In this document: positions 12,430 to 24,249 of the stretch, in pieces
Position numbering within the stretch: position 1 is the stretch's first letter
Layout: each line of letters begins with the position of its first letter
Source of the DNA: Raillietiella orientalis
Taxonomy: Eukaryota
Length of the DNA: 64,000 nucleotides
Reading direction: 5' to 3'
Assembly (NCBI GenBank): GCA_036172245.1
Contig: JAYWIR010000012.1
Span: 2,790,001 to 2,854,000, forward strand
Notes under the pieces: model-generated
The model's input: only the letters and a program-made list of their open reading frames with translations
Database searches by the model: none
What the model was told of the DNA's origin: nothing
Position numbers and translations under genes: made by a program

Positions 12430-14450
12430 TCGGCACCTCAGATGACCTCAGCTCGGCTTGTTTTTGTGTTTGGTGCAGCATCCGGTGGAATCTTTTGGGG
12501 TGTGAGGTACCATCGGGAGCTGTATTCAGCTAGCATACGAGGCTGCTGTTTCTCCGCATGCCAGAGAGGGTGTCTTCGCCGTTGTGCATAGGTCCGGGTG
12601 CCCAGTTTTCCGTTGGTCGCCTCCTGACTGTGCTCCGAGATCACACAGCGACACCCCTTCGGGTGGCAGCCTCAAACTCCGTCAGAAATCTGGGTGAGAT
12701 TTCTCGAATGCTTCTCCCATGTAGACACTGTAGTAGCCACTTCCATTTCCACACCGTAGAGGTACTCTTCCTTCGAATCGCGGGATCGGGGAACCGTCTT
12801 CCAATCTCCCAAGGGTTGCTAAGGGTTTCCCTTTTACGTGCAGAATACCTCGTTTGGTGGTCTCCTAATAGAATGCCTCAATTTGCTATGAGATGCGTAC
12901 TGCAAGAGTCGTTAGGTTCTGCTCTATATCTATTTTCTCATCAAAGAATCTCTTCCAAAAGCTGGAACCTGGTGTAAGGTCATCACAGTCTTCATTTACA
13001 GCTACCAATTCCGCTTCTGGTCTCCATTTTTTTTCCAGAACTTCGTCTGCCTAGAAATCAGGGCACACAATTCCTCGCTTTTAGATAGATGGAGTCCATT
13101 GGATCCACCTCTACACCCCCGCAATCCCGCCATCATCTCTGAACTTGACCCAGACGAATGCATTCGCTGATCATCTACAATTGATTTCCAAAGTTTTTCC
13201 ATCATAAGGAGATGACGGCATGGTTGCGTGGTTTCCTCACTTCTTTTCTCTCTCCCGGAGTTTTGCTCGGTTTCGCGTTCTCAGTGTCTCCTTGGCGCAA
13301 TCCGAATTCCGTGTCTTAAATTGTTTATTCAATATGGCCGCGGTACTATTTGCTGGTTGCAACAAGCGTTTGGCTGAAAAAGGTTTCCTGCTCATTTCTC
13401 ATACCCCCAGCTGGACAGAGTTCTAAAGGGCTCCGGATGGTTCCAGCTTCCAGGAATGCAAGCTGCCGACTTTCGCCAACTCGCTGAATTTCTTCCTCCT
13501 TCCGTGTCTTCCGTTCTCCTTGGTTCGACGTCTCCGCTCTGTGCAAAGAGTTGCGTTTCGCAGTGGTGCACGGCAGTGGTGCGCCAAAGCGGAACAGATA
13601 AAGCTGTGGTTGGGGCGCTTGCAAGATTCTTCTAGAACACCCACTTCATCCATGAACCCTTCTACGGATTACCGGTTCTCGACAAAGCGACCGACCACGT
13701 AGTGAGCATCCGGAAAGTGCGGAAGCGAAAACGCTTGTGAGTATCGAGACCTGCGAACGGTGGGCTAAACAGAAGGAGGGACCGCCACAAATCTCTGTGG
13801 CACCACGGAAGAAGCGATCGGTAAAATTCCCGTTCGCCTGTTGGTCAGAGTCACGAATTTCCATATCCGTAAGGAGACCCGCACACGAGGGAACAACCCC
13901 GCGGCATTGCCCAAGGAGTTTTCCATGGAATCCTGCAAGGGAAAAGTTCCCGATTTCCTTAAGTGCATCCTCAACTCCTCATCCACAGAAGTGATCAGTA
14001 CCGGATCGCCCTCCCATTCGCGTGATCCTGAATGAAATGCAGGTCTGCTCGGGCAACGCAGGCCGGCAAAAGCTCCGGGAAGACCACAAAAGCTGAAGGG
14101 AGGAATATGCTCCCGCACAGATCTGTTGTGGCTACCAAGCATCCCTACTCATCCTTCCGGGACCATCTCATAGCATCTTTGATTCTTCGTGTTCACTCAA
14201 AAAGTACAAAAAGGACAAGGCTTGACATCTCTCAACGCGAGGCTCGTCAGCAGAAATCGTCAAGAAGCAGCAAGCAGCTTCTCGAATTCCTCTGGTAGTC
14301 GCCAACGAGAAACTGGTCACTCTGAGCCGAGCTCAGAATTCCCCGAATCTCAAGAAAGAAGGCCTTCGCTTGTTGTTTGGTTCTTTGGCGAAGAGGAAAA
14401 GGCGAAGCTTGCCGCTTACTCTACGAGGTCACCCACCCACCCTGCCGGTT
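12430..14450 (-). mobile_element. Heavily decayed L1-type LINE ORF2 remnant (EN-linker-RT)
   Basis: Weak motifs in the expected order: HSWKLEPS (post-EN WKLN-like), LLGDHQTRY (DQTGF-like), MGEAFEKSHPDF (DxEKAFD-like), TNGKLG...RRRHPL (QGxPL-like). Many stops and frameshifts. Confidence 0.45.
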
Positions 14451-14529
14451 GACAACCGTCGTTTCTATCCCGTGGATGATGGAAATCCTTTCTTTTCTGC
14501 CTTCACTGTTTTCCTTCCAGTTTTTTTTT

Positions 14530-15324
14530 TTTTTATGTCTCTCACTACCTCAAGAGCCGTCGCGTGCAGGGAGGCTCACGCAGCTCTTTGACACGGTTCC
14601 ACTCCACCTGAGAGTGCGTGTAAATCTTAGAAATGGGGGTGCCCCGAGAGGGAGTCACCCTATGAATCCAGGAAGGGCTCTAGAGAAGGGAATCCGTTCC
14701 TCTCACTCCTGGAAAGGGATCCCCGAAGGGAACTCTGGTTGTATCCGAAGGTAACCCTGAAGGAAATCTCCTTCCTTATTCTCTCCGGATGGACCCACTC
14801 CATATTTTCTTTTCCAAAGGGAACTCGGAAAAGATCCTCTATTAGGAATTTCTGCTCCGGAGGGAACCCGCAAGGGAACCGCTCCTGTTTACTCCTCTGA
14901 AGAGAATCCCGAAGGGACGCTTCCCGATTTCTCTGAGGGGAGCTCCCCGAAGGGAGCGGCACTCCTCTCTGCACTCTGGAGATCATCGATCCACCAGCTC
15001 CATGGTGCGAGACGGAGGGTTCACCCACGAGGGGGGAGGGACGGCTCCTTTACACAGCCGGAAGGGAACTCCGCACTCCTTGATTCCTGGAAAAACCCGG
15101 AGGGCCGACTCCCCATTCCGGCCACTGATCGAGGGCATCCGGTTTGAACCGGTACCGGTGGCGCACCCGAATGAATGTAGGCCACCCAGCGTCATCTCGC
15201 GGGAGGAACTCGAACCCACGACGCATCCCCCCCTCTCTCGGTATCGAATCGTTCCGAGTATTCGAACCCACGACGTTTGGTGCCACTCGCGACGACCGTG
15301 ACCACATGACCTCCGACGCGGGCT
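14530..15324 (-). mobile_element. tRNA-headed SINE-like element with hairpin array, joined to a LINE ORF2-derived segment
   Basis: Head GCCCGCGTCGGAGGTCATGTGG...GTGGGTTCGAATAC, second GGGTTCGAGTTCC, then repeated CCC-n-GGG hairpins (14642-15105). It is near-identical to 27040-27662. The downstream 14530-14630 matches 19010-19110. Confidence 0.8.
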
Positions 15325-16738
15325 TGTTAGACAGCACTGCAGCTAGGGGGGTGGCGGTGGCTCGGTTGGTCCCTTTCCACTTCCTCCGGGGAGGCCGCTC
15401 CCGGAATTTGTGGATAGGACGTATGAGGGCTGCGATGCTGATCCCGGTGTCCACCGCCTCCTGTTGGCAGACAGTCCGAATCTACCAGGACAGGCTGGTA
15501 CAAAGGAAGTTTGCTGGTAGAGCGGATCAGATTCCAGTCTGGATACCAAGATTGGTGGATGCAGTCTTGCTCAGAAGGCATAGATAGAGGGACGTCCTCT
15601 ACGAAGCTCTTGCCACATCGGCACCAGTGGGTAGTCCGGTTAACACGGCGGGGAAGTTTTGATATGGTGCTGGTGCAAACTCGGCTTCCTGGAAACGAAA
15701 GGTCCTGATCCGAGAGATTGCTGCACCGGTGCGCTGCTCTGGCAGGGCTTCAAGCGGGCACCCTTCCCTCAATTGGGGACGGATGAAAGCAGGGAGGGCA
15801 ATAAAGCGTGCAAAATGAAGAGGCGGACGGCGCTGCGTAAACCGAAAGGCCGTCTTTTTGCCCCGATGACTGGGGTGATGATTAACGGCCACGGGAATTT
15901 ATCGGCGTAACCGGAACCCATTCCATCGGGACAGGTTTTCTCGTTTCCTCAGACACTGTTCCTAGGCAACCGCAGCGTGAGGGGAAATTATCGGAAAGCG
16001 AATCGGAAAAAATCAGGCGAAATCTGTTCCGTTTTTCAAAAAAAAAAAAAACCTGTGTTTAATGCTCAGTCCCTAATGATGCTGTCGTCTTCAGCCTCAA
16101 GTTGGTTTATGGCTCTGGAATTTACGGCTTCGCTTGCAATTAGAACCTATCTGCATCATTTCGCGGTCGGATGTAAATGGAAAACATTGTGTAAAGTATT
16201 TTTAGTTTCGCCGAACCTGCGTCCTGAATGTGAGGCAATCAAGGAATCTCGAAACTCATTTGAACATTCGGATGAAATGACGTCAAAGATTTCAAGCTGG
16301 TTTTAGAGATCCCGAAAACAGCTTCAATCTCCAACGTTTGTCAGACCTCACTTTGGTGAATTCGTTTCCCCTATTCGAAATAACAAATACCAGTCAGCAG
16401 TCGACCCATTGTGGGACCTTGGGGGGAGGGGTGAGCAGCTAAGCAGGATCAACACCGTGTTGCTGTACTCGCTGTCGACAGAGGGAGACCGCTTGCAGAT
16501 TCAACAGAAAGACTGCATGCCGGGTACCTCTGAGGAAGGAGGTCTCGACAAAGCAGGAACCAGCGTGGTCTGCCTCGTGCACAATGATGAGGTGAACGCG
16601 TTTCAAGAGCAAAGATGAACTCATCCTCTGCAGATCCCCACAAGGGGGATCCAAGCATTCGCCCACGGAATGTGCCGTTCGTCTGAGGTGCGGATGTAAG
16701 TCACAGGGTGGCCGAGTAGCTGAGGAAACAGCTGTGTC

Positions 16739-17700
16739 GCCCGTGTTGGCGGCTCGTGGCTGCGGTCTCTGCGCGACGTACCAAGAGTTGCGAGTTCGAA
16801 TCCCGCCCGGGGAAGGATCGACGCTGAGAACACGGGGTGCGTCGCGGGTTTCGAGTCACACTTGCAGGACGATGCTGGTTGGCCTGTAGGATTCGGGTGG
16901 TGGAAGCAGGAAACCGGGTGCCCCGTTGATTGACCAGGATTGGAAGTTGATTCTCCGGGGTCCTTCCAGGAATCAAGGAGTCGGTTTCCATCGGGGTTTT
17001 CCTCTGGTTGTGAAAATGGAGCCGTATATCATGGATCTGTTTGATAATCCCCTCGATGTTTGCCTTTCCAGAGTGTCAGAAGGGCGGCGCCTGATCCCTT
17101 CAGAGAAATTTGGAAGCGTTCCTTCGGGGTTCTCTTCAGAGGAAAGAAAGAAGGAGCGGTTCCCTTACAGGTTCCCTCCAGAGAAGAGATTTCAGGTGTG
17201 GATCCTTTCCGGGTTCCCTCCGGAGAAGAAATGAGGAGTGCTTCCCTCTGGAGGACCCATTCAGACAGAATGAGGAAGAGGCTCCCTTCGAGGCAACCAA
17301 GGGACCTTGTAAAACTCCTCTTCACACGGGAAACCGCACCGCTATCCGCAACCTTGACAGGTTTTTTGCTGAAGACGCAGGATTGTGGTGGCTGGGAGAG
17401 ATGCTGAAGCAGAAGTGGACGAAAGGGACGCCATCGAGCATGCACTTCGCTTCCTACGGATAGCAACCAGATGGCCCCACCTGGGTGCAATCAGGAGTGA
17501 CCCAACCGACATCCTGGAAAGGATGCAAAGGACTGCGATCACTTCCCGGCTCTCCAGTGTTTTTATGTACTTTTGTTTTATTTTTCTTTCGTTTCCCTTT
17601 CCCCTCCACTGTTGTGAACCCCGCCAGTCTGCGGACCAGCAACCCAGCAGATTCGTGGACAAACTGAGTGAGGTGAGACCACGTGTCCCACCACAATTTA
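16739..17700 (+). mobile_element. tRNA-headed SINE-like element with hairpin array and LINE ORF2 C-terminus / 3' UTR tail
   Basis: A-box-like TGGCGGCTCGTGG and B-box GAGTTCGAATCCC, second GGGTTTCGAGTC, hairpin array (gttccttcggggttctcttcagagg etc.). From ~17300 the sequence encodes DLVKLLFTR...ALRFLRIATRWPHL...ILERMQ as in the LINE copies, followed by a pyrimidine-rich 3' UTR. Confidence 0.8.
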
Positions 17701-18289
17701 TGATTTTATCGTAAATTTTAATGAAAGCTCCTGCATTTGCGAGTGATTATCAGGGACAACTAGGGAAAAAATCCTCTTCGGGTTTCCTCTTGCAAGAGGA
17801 ACAGACTCCTTTCTTTGGAGCCTTCCTGATTTCATATGTGGTCTCCTCGGGGTGATTACCTATAACTGAATCGTCACACGCATCCACGGGTGGGGTGGAC
17901 AGTGTTAAAGAGCTCTGCGAGTCACCCCAGGAGGCAAAGGGTTCTCTCTCAATAAACCAAAATCGAAAAGGGAAACCTGAAAGAGAAAAAAAAAAATGAT
18001 TACCGGGATGATGGTGCAGTATTGCAGGCACTTAGTCTTCGACCTTTTTCCACCAGATTTGCGCCAAGTCTGACTTCACCGAGACTCTCAATTTGAGGGA
18101 TCGAGATTTTGGTTTTTTTCCATCTCAAGTTCCGCGTTTCTTGTGCCAGTTGAACATCAGGGAAACGCTGCCAGCACACAATCAAAAGGCTCTTCAGAGT
18201 TGGCGCACTTCCGAGGGAAAATTCGTCCCTTGACATCCTTCTTGTGCCCGAAATCATCCGATGTCTCTTTCCAAGTTGCTTCCCGTCTG

Positions 18290-18556
18290 GGACAAATACG
18301 GGAGCAGCAGGTCCCCGGGGATTACGAAGACGGGCTGCACGGAGGGTCGCTGACGACGTGCCGCGGGAGCTACAAGGGCACGTTCGCCACCCTCACCTCG
18401 TACCTGTACCACTGCCGCAGGATCTGGCAAGTCCTCAACGCGCAGACCGCGGGCAAGGTCTTGGGTGTGCTCGGCAAGTGCCGGGTGTGAGAAGGCTTCG
18501 AGTTCGCTTTCTGCATGTCGGGGATGGTCAGCATGGTGCTGGAACTGCACATGGAG
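18290..18556 (+). pseudogene. SZT2: Isolated SZT2 (KICSTOR subunit)-like exon fragment with in-frame stop
   Basis: The translation TLTSYLYHCRRIWQVLNAQTAGKVLGVLGKCRV*EGFEFAFCMSGMVSMVLELHME resembles, from memory, the SZT2 block YLYHxRxxWxV...LxxxRLxEGFxFA...GxxxMVLEL. Codon third positions are strongly G/C, there is a TGA at 18488-18490, and a donor-like GAG|gtaaag at 18556. Confidence 0.55.
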
Positions 18557-18949
18557 GTAAAGGAGTAGTTTTGCAAACGTTCGTTCCCACTTGCCGTTCT
18601 CACCCCCACCCTCAATCCCGCGTCTCTCTTCTCGCACCCCTCACACTGCCTCCCTTGTTCCCTCTGGCTCCAGCAATGCCGTTCCAATTCGATGGTGGAG
18701 AGCAGTCTGCACAGCCACATCCAGAAGGACTCTTGCAATCGATGATGCAAATTCTTGCACGATCTCCATTTTTGGATTATTCTATCTATCCAGACTTCTA
18801 GAGGAAATTCGTGGTTCCCTTATCGCTTATTCAATGAATGCACTCATCTCGTGAACGCTGAATGCTTCTCTTCTTGAGCTCTTTGCTCCACTCTCAGAGA
18901 TCTTTGACACTTCCAGTGCCTATCAGCTCTGTCAGAGCAGCTGTATCCT

Positions 18950-19125
18950 TTCCTTCCTCCGGAGCCCTTACGGGATCCATAGGGTGGTCCCTCCTGAGTG
19001 ACCTAACTTGAAGAGTTGACTACGTACTCTCGGGTGGCGTGGAAGGCGCTAGAGAGCTCTGTGAGCTCCCCACTAAGGAGGCGAACGGTTCTTCAGCACT
19101 CAGCGAACCAAGAAAAAAAACAGAA
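18950..19125 (+). mobile_element. Fragment of the hairpin-array element spanning the array/ORF2 junction
   Basis: ttcctccggagcccttacgggatccatagggtggtccc matches the revcomp of 27045-27090. It continues into TYSRVAWKALESSVSSPL..., which parallels ORF2 CTVDEVWKSQEKCTSL...LSALR. Confidence 0.6.
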
Positions 19126-19900
19126 ACAGCCATGTCCAAGACGACGGATGCGCGAAGCAATTAGCAAGGAAGTGAATCGCAGAGCCATAGGCGGCGGGCG
19201 GAGCAGAGCAGATGGGGACGTTGGGTGCGTGAACAAGAGCAAGGGAAGAGGAAATCAGCGACACAGGATGAGGGGTGTCATCCACGAATCGAGGCACCCC
19301 CAACACCGACTGGAAAATCCCGTTCCTGTTTGCTGCTCGCGTTCGAAGGCACAGGGATTGAACCGTCGCCAATTCCAACAAATACTTTTCGGGGATACCG
19401 TGGAAGCAGGATGCGGCTGGGAGCAGCTGCATCCTGGAGCAGCGCGCCCGGTTTTGATCCTGGAAAAGTTTCGAAATGATTTTTCCTGTCAGGAATTTGA
19501 GATGTTTATGCTCAGAAAGATGAAAACCGATGCCAGGAATCCCCGATCCGGCGCGGTGGCGGCATTTCCCACCTTCGACAGATATAGCTGGCAGGAGAAT
19601 TCCCTGAACTCCCGGCGGAACGGAGGAGCCCGAGCGGGCTGCTCCGTGATGACGCAGGATAGCTTCCAGACCAACACCGTCCTTTCGGGAAAGTTGCTGA
19701 GCTTTCCGTGCTTCTTGCACCTGGGAAAAGCCTTCCGGGTGGGACGTGGCGGATGCGCAGACACGCCTCTGAGGTTTCAGAAGACGGACTTGTCTGGAGG
19801 GAGCGTCCAGAAACCCTACCAGCATACCGGTGGCCGCCTCAACTCTTTCGCGAGGTTTCTTTCCAGAAGGAATGGGAAGAGACCGATCGATAGTTGACTT
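19125..19900 (-). mobile_element. Diverged LINE ORF2 C-terminal fragment
   Basis: VWKLSCVITEQ and SKVGNAATAP parallel RWEVACTIAG and GLADAATP in the other copies. Confidence 0.35.
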
Positions 19901-19989
19901 AAGACCTGGTCGATCCGTGTGCTTCCGGTAAGCGAGAGATCCAGCGGCGGTGAACACGTCGAAGGTACCATCACACTGCTCGACCACCT

Positions 19990-21620
19990 CACCACCTCCC
20001 TAGCTGCGGCACTACCCTCCTTCAGGGAGCACCTGTGGGCAGTAATCAGACGGCCGAATGGGAGGTCAGCTGTAGAATAGATCCTCAGAAGAGGGAATTA
20101 GGTGGATGGACCACGGGCCAGCTCACGGACGCTGCGATACTCAAGTGCACCACCGAAGGGACTATTACGCTGCTGGGAATCCTACAGGAAGACCTCGAGT
20201 GGCCTCCAGCGCTGAAAAACAGCCTGGTCCTCCCCCTGAAGTGGCAGGAGTCGGCACTCTTGCTGTTGCACTGGGATATCCCGTGCTATGTCCGCCGGTC
20301 TCACTGGACCCGAGGGACTGTGGATCCCAACTGTTGCAGGTGCGGGGAACGGGAAGCCCAGCTCTCACACCTGCTCGTAGACTGTGTTGCCCTACGGCCC
20401 CTGCGGTTGTATTACGCAAGGAGCCTTGGTCAACACTCGGATATGCCGGGGCATTTATTTATGACAAATAAAAGTGCAATTACATTTTCGTGTGGTGAAC
20501 CCAAAGACTCACCACATCATGGCAGCTTGCTGGTTGACGGTGCAAGACCGGCGAGGTCCATCCGACGCGTGAAAGTAGAGATAAATAAACAAAAAGAAAC
20601 AAAAAGATCAAACGTGGGGAGGGTAGAAATGTTTAGGGGCGGGGAAGGGATCACAATGCGCGCGGATCGGTCTCTAGATCCCGTTCAGGATCCTAGCAAG
20701 TTGTGTCCTAGCTGCACCCAGGTGGGGCCACCTGAAAATGTTCCGCACAAAGATGCGCGTCCAGTGGACGGCATCCCTGCCATTCTGTGCTCTTCTGTAC
20801 GCGTTCCATGCCGCCACGATTCCACGAATGCAGCGCAGCACTGCCACAGACGCGGTCGGGGACAATGCGGCACGCGAGAAGAGGCTCCTAAAAATGTCCC
20901 TGGGGGTGCCTCCGCGAATGTTCAGGATCGTCGCAAGACGATTCCAGAGGGGGCAGAGGGCGATGCAGTCCACAAAAAGGTGGGGGAATGTCTCTTTCTC
21001 CCCGCACCGGTCTCACTGGGCATCCACACTTTTACGTGTCCAGTGAGTGAGGCGTGCTTTGCACGGGAGTTCCCAATGCAAGACGAGCAATACGCCACCT
21101 CCTGCCACTTCAGGACCCTTGGTGCACCGACGGACAATCTCAGGCACGTGATGAAGCGCCTCTTCGTGTGCGATGCCCTTTAACCTACCGCATCCCCAGC
21201 AGCTCCTTGCTGCTGCCTACGCGGGGTCGCGGCAGCCTGGAGCCACGCGAGAGGAGGACGGCGCGATAGGGACGCCATCTGTTTCGCCCTGACGCTTCCT
21301 GCAAACGACAGCAAGATGGCCTCACCTGGAGCATACCCGGATGGAACTTGCAGGCATCCTGGAAAGGATGCAGAGAACTCCCTTTAGCTCCCGGTGATCC
21401 CTTCCATGCCCCCAGAGTTTCCTTTTCATTGACTTTTGTTTTTCATTTTTATTTTTGTTTGTCCCCCCCCCCTCCACTGCCGATGCGAACCTCGCTGGCC
21501 TGCGTGCCGGTTACTCAGCAGGTTCCGAATATTTTCGGACGATTGTAGGGCCAATGGACGTACATTTGTAATTTTATCATTTTTATAATAAACGCCCTGG
21601 CATTTACGGGTGTTAAACCA
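19990..21620 (+). mobile_element. LINE ORF2 C-terminal copy interrupted by an antisense copy
   Basis: EWEVSCRI...LTDAA...KWQESALLLLHWDIPC...CCRCGEREAQLSHLLVDC; the reading resumes after 21112 (NLRHVMKRLFVCDAL). It ends AATAAACGCCCTGGCATTTACGGGTGTTAAACC (~21587-21619). Confidence 0.8.
20431..21111 (-). mobile_element. 5'-truncated LINE 3' end nested in antisense orientation
   Basis: The minus strand reads LKWQEVA...CGEKETFPHLFVDC...PRDIFRSLFSRAAL...RWPHL and ends ATAAATAAATGCCCCGGCATATCCGAGTGTTG. It is flanked by aggagccttggt (20419-20430) and aggacccttggt (21112-21123). Confidence 0.8.
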
Positions 21621-22849
21621 CACTGTGTGAAGGTGCCTTGTCGGAGGTCCCCCTAGGTTTCTTCCAAGACCTTCAGGCTCAAGGGCACGTTTTCCGAGGA
21701 GCAGTTTGAACGCCCTTCCCCTCCCCCTGTCCACCATCACCTGTTTGCTGGTCCAAGCTCGTGCAAGCCGAGTCTGAGTGACGTCCCGAAGGAACCAACT
21801 TCTCTCCGCAGGACACGGCAGAAGAGGAGATCGGAATGCTCCCGAAGGTTCCGCACACGTAACTCCCCCAAGCCACTCCCATTGGGAGCCAGGTCGCGTG
21901 GCACCGAAGTACGAATAAGTGTGCTTCTGGTGAGCCACTCAGTGGCATTGGGGATGCTTTTCTTATGCGCATTTGCATTTCTTATGAACCCTCCTCTCCT
22001 TCCTGTCTCCTTAAAAAAAAACAAAATTCGTCTTCGATCCAATGTGAAGTTCCGGTCATGCCGGTTCCGAGATTCTTCGCGCAACCACTTTTTTTTATTT
22101 CTTTTACCAAGGAAACAAACAAAAAAAGAAATTCGAAGAAGCTTCTAGGAACCAGTTTCGTTTGCAGGGCGGTCGAGGTGCGTCGAAATTATCGGTGTCC
22201 TCTCCAACAGGAAAAGGGTTGCTGCACAAAGATCGGCAGCCACCTCCCCGTCCGCTGATGAGACCTACATTCGGCGACTTCGTTCCTAAACGGGCGACCG
22301 CACCTCTCTTCACACGGGATTCGAACCCCAATAACGCTTAGTCCCCTCACCCCACAACTAGGGCGCTTCATTTTTTGCTTTTTGCTTTTTTTTAAGGCCA
22401 GTAGCGACCTCACGAGAAGTTGGTTGCTATTGGCCTCGGATGGCGGTAATCCTGTGTGTTCTATTTCCTTCTAACTTCTGTTTTTCTCCTGCTCCCGAGG
22501 GTCACTCGGGAGCAGGAGGTGGCCAGCGAAGAGGGCGAGGTCGGGCCGACGGCAAAGAACAGGAGCCAGGACCTGAAGGACATTGGGTTCGCCCTGCAGA
22601 AGTTGGACGGTGACATCTTCTCCTGCATGAGGAAGACGAGAGCACCTGCTCCCGGAGGTGCCGACACGGAGCACGGTGCCGCGGAGAAGGGCCAGGAGGC
22701 AGTGGAAGCCCACGGAACCCTCGAGGAGGTTTCCACAGACACCCCGGACAAGCGCTCCGCCCAGACGGCAGCGTGCTCTACGGCGACGACGAGTCAGGTC
22801 CCCTCTGGAACCCCGACTCGGAAAGTGGTGCAGAATACTAAATAAACTC

Positions 22850-23800
22850 TGCTTGACTGCCAAAAAAAAAAAAAAAATCCCACAAAGGTGCCACAGAGCT
22901 GCAGGGGAAGATGCAGGCGACATCGCGTCGCGCGCGAAGAGGCACTGCAAGGCTTCTTTGCCGTCGTTCATAGGGAGTGGGAGGGCCGCAGCGAAGCGCT
23001 CCCGGACACTCGGGAGGACAACGCGATCCAGCAACAGGTGCGGGAAGGTTTCCTGTTCTCCGCACCTGGCACGGACTGGGGTTGCACTTCCCTTCTTCCA
23101 GTGGCGGACTCGCGCGTTGCTTGGTATCGTCCAGTGCAACGATTGGAGTGCCGAGTCCCGGCACTCCCGGGAAAGCGTGGAGCTGGGGGCATTTCCAGCT
23201 CTTCAGGAGGAATGTCCAGGAGCTGCTTTCAGCGAAGAATTCCTGTGAAGAGAGTGTGGGGGTGGAAGCGTCAGCATCCCAGCTGCTACTTCTTTCCCTC
23301 GATCTCGCAAGACCTGTTTTTTCGGTTCGCTAAGTACTCAAGGGTACCCTGCACCCCCCAGGGGCATCGAAGAGGTTCGACTATGTCGCCACAGAAACTC
23401 ACAAGACTCCCTACACGAGGTCATGTCGTCCGAGGGTGCGAGCAAGGGAGGCAGGAGGGAACCCTAATCACACCAGGAGTGCCACGGGAATGGAGTCCGT
23501 TCCTCCGCACTCTTGGGAGGGAACCCTTAGGGGAACTTCCTGATCGTCTCTGAAGGAATCGCGAAGGAGACCCCTTTTGAGTTCTTCTATGAAGAGAATC
23601 CCAAAGGGAACGCTTCCACGACACTGGAGCGGAGAACACTTCGAGGACGAGGGGGAGATTGACTCCATGACACAAACTGGAACGGAATCCCGAAGCTCCG
23701 TGACTCCTGGAAAGACCCAGGAGGGCTTGCTCCCGATTCCGGCTAGTCAGTGGGAGCACCATTCCAGCGTCATTCCAGGTACCACGTTGGTCCCTCTCCA
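22850..23800 (-). mobile_element. Hairpin-array element body joined to LINE ORF2 C-terminus (head and 3' end missing)
   Basis: 23450-23760 is the hairpin array (gaagagaatcccaaagggaacgcttcc). It is followed on the same strand by LHWTIPSNARVRHWKKG...RCGEQETFPHLLLD...LFARDAMSPA. Confidence 0.75.
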
Positions 23801-24249
23801 GCCGTGGAAATTTTATCTGCTTGTTTGAACGGGATGTCTGGACAATCCGGGATGAGAAGTTGGCACCTTTCCTCGCCTTTTCTTGGCTGCAGGAGTCCCT
23901 GCCATTCCCTCCAGCCGCACTCGGACCTGGCAGGGAATCGCAGGAGCAGGGCGTCAGAACCGCGGACTCGACGGCGCCCCAACAGTCTCAGGGGGAAGCG
24001 AGAAAAAGGGTCGTGGACATGGGGTCCGACAGGGACGTCTCTCGCTGCTGCCCTACCGAAGAGCAAAAGTTCGCTGTCACGAAAGGACATGTTGCGCCTC
24101 CTCTAAGCAAGTAGACCGGACCTCCCTCGGGAAGAGCGAACCCATGGGTACGATACGACCAGTTTAACAAAAACTACGATGAGGCTGAGTAAGTCGAGGG
24201 AATGGCGAAAACTGTAGAAAGTCCCTTCCTCTGCATCTTTCTCGGGAGG

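Noticed and set aside
14895..14925. Hammerhead-like CTGAAGAG followed by a stem-loop
   Set aside because: There is no GAAA after the stem in any copy, and it lies on the strand opposite the tRNA head.
14642..15105. CRISPR-like periodic palindromic repeats
   Set aside because: The context is eukaryotic, the units are degenerate without unique spacers, and there are no cas genes.
16739..16815. Functional tRNA genes at the GGTTCGAATCC motifs
   Set aside because: There is no complete cloverleaf or anticodon arm, and each is fused to the repeat body, so they are treated as SINE heads.
22300..22400. Isolated B-box GGGGTTCGAATCCC on the minus strand
   Set aside because: It has no clear A-box and no alignable body; possibly a decayed SINE head but unsupported.
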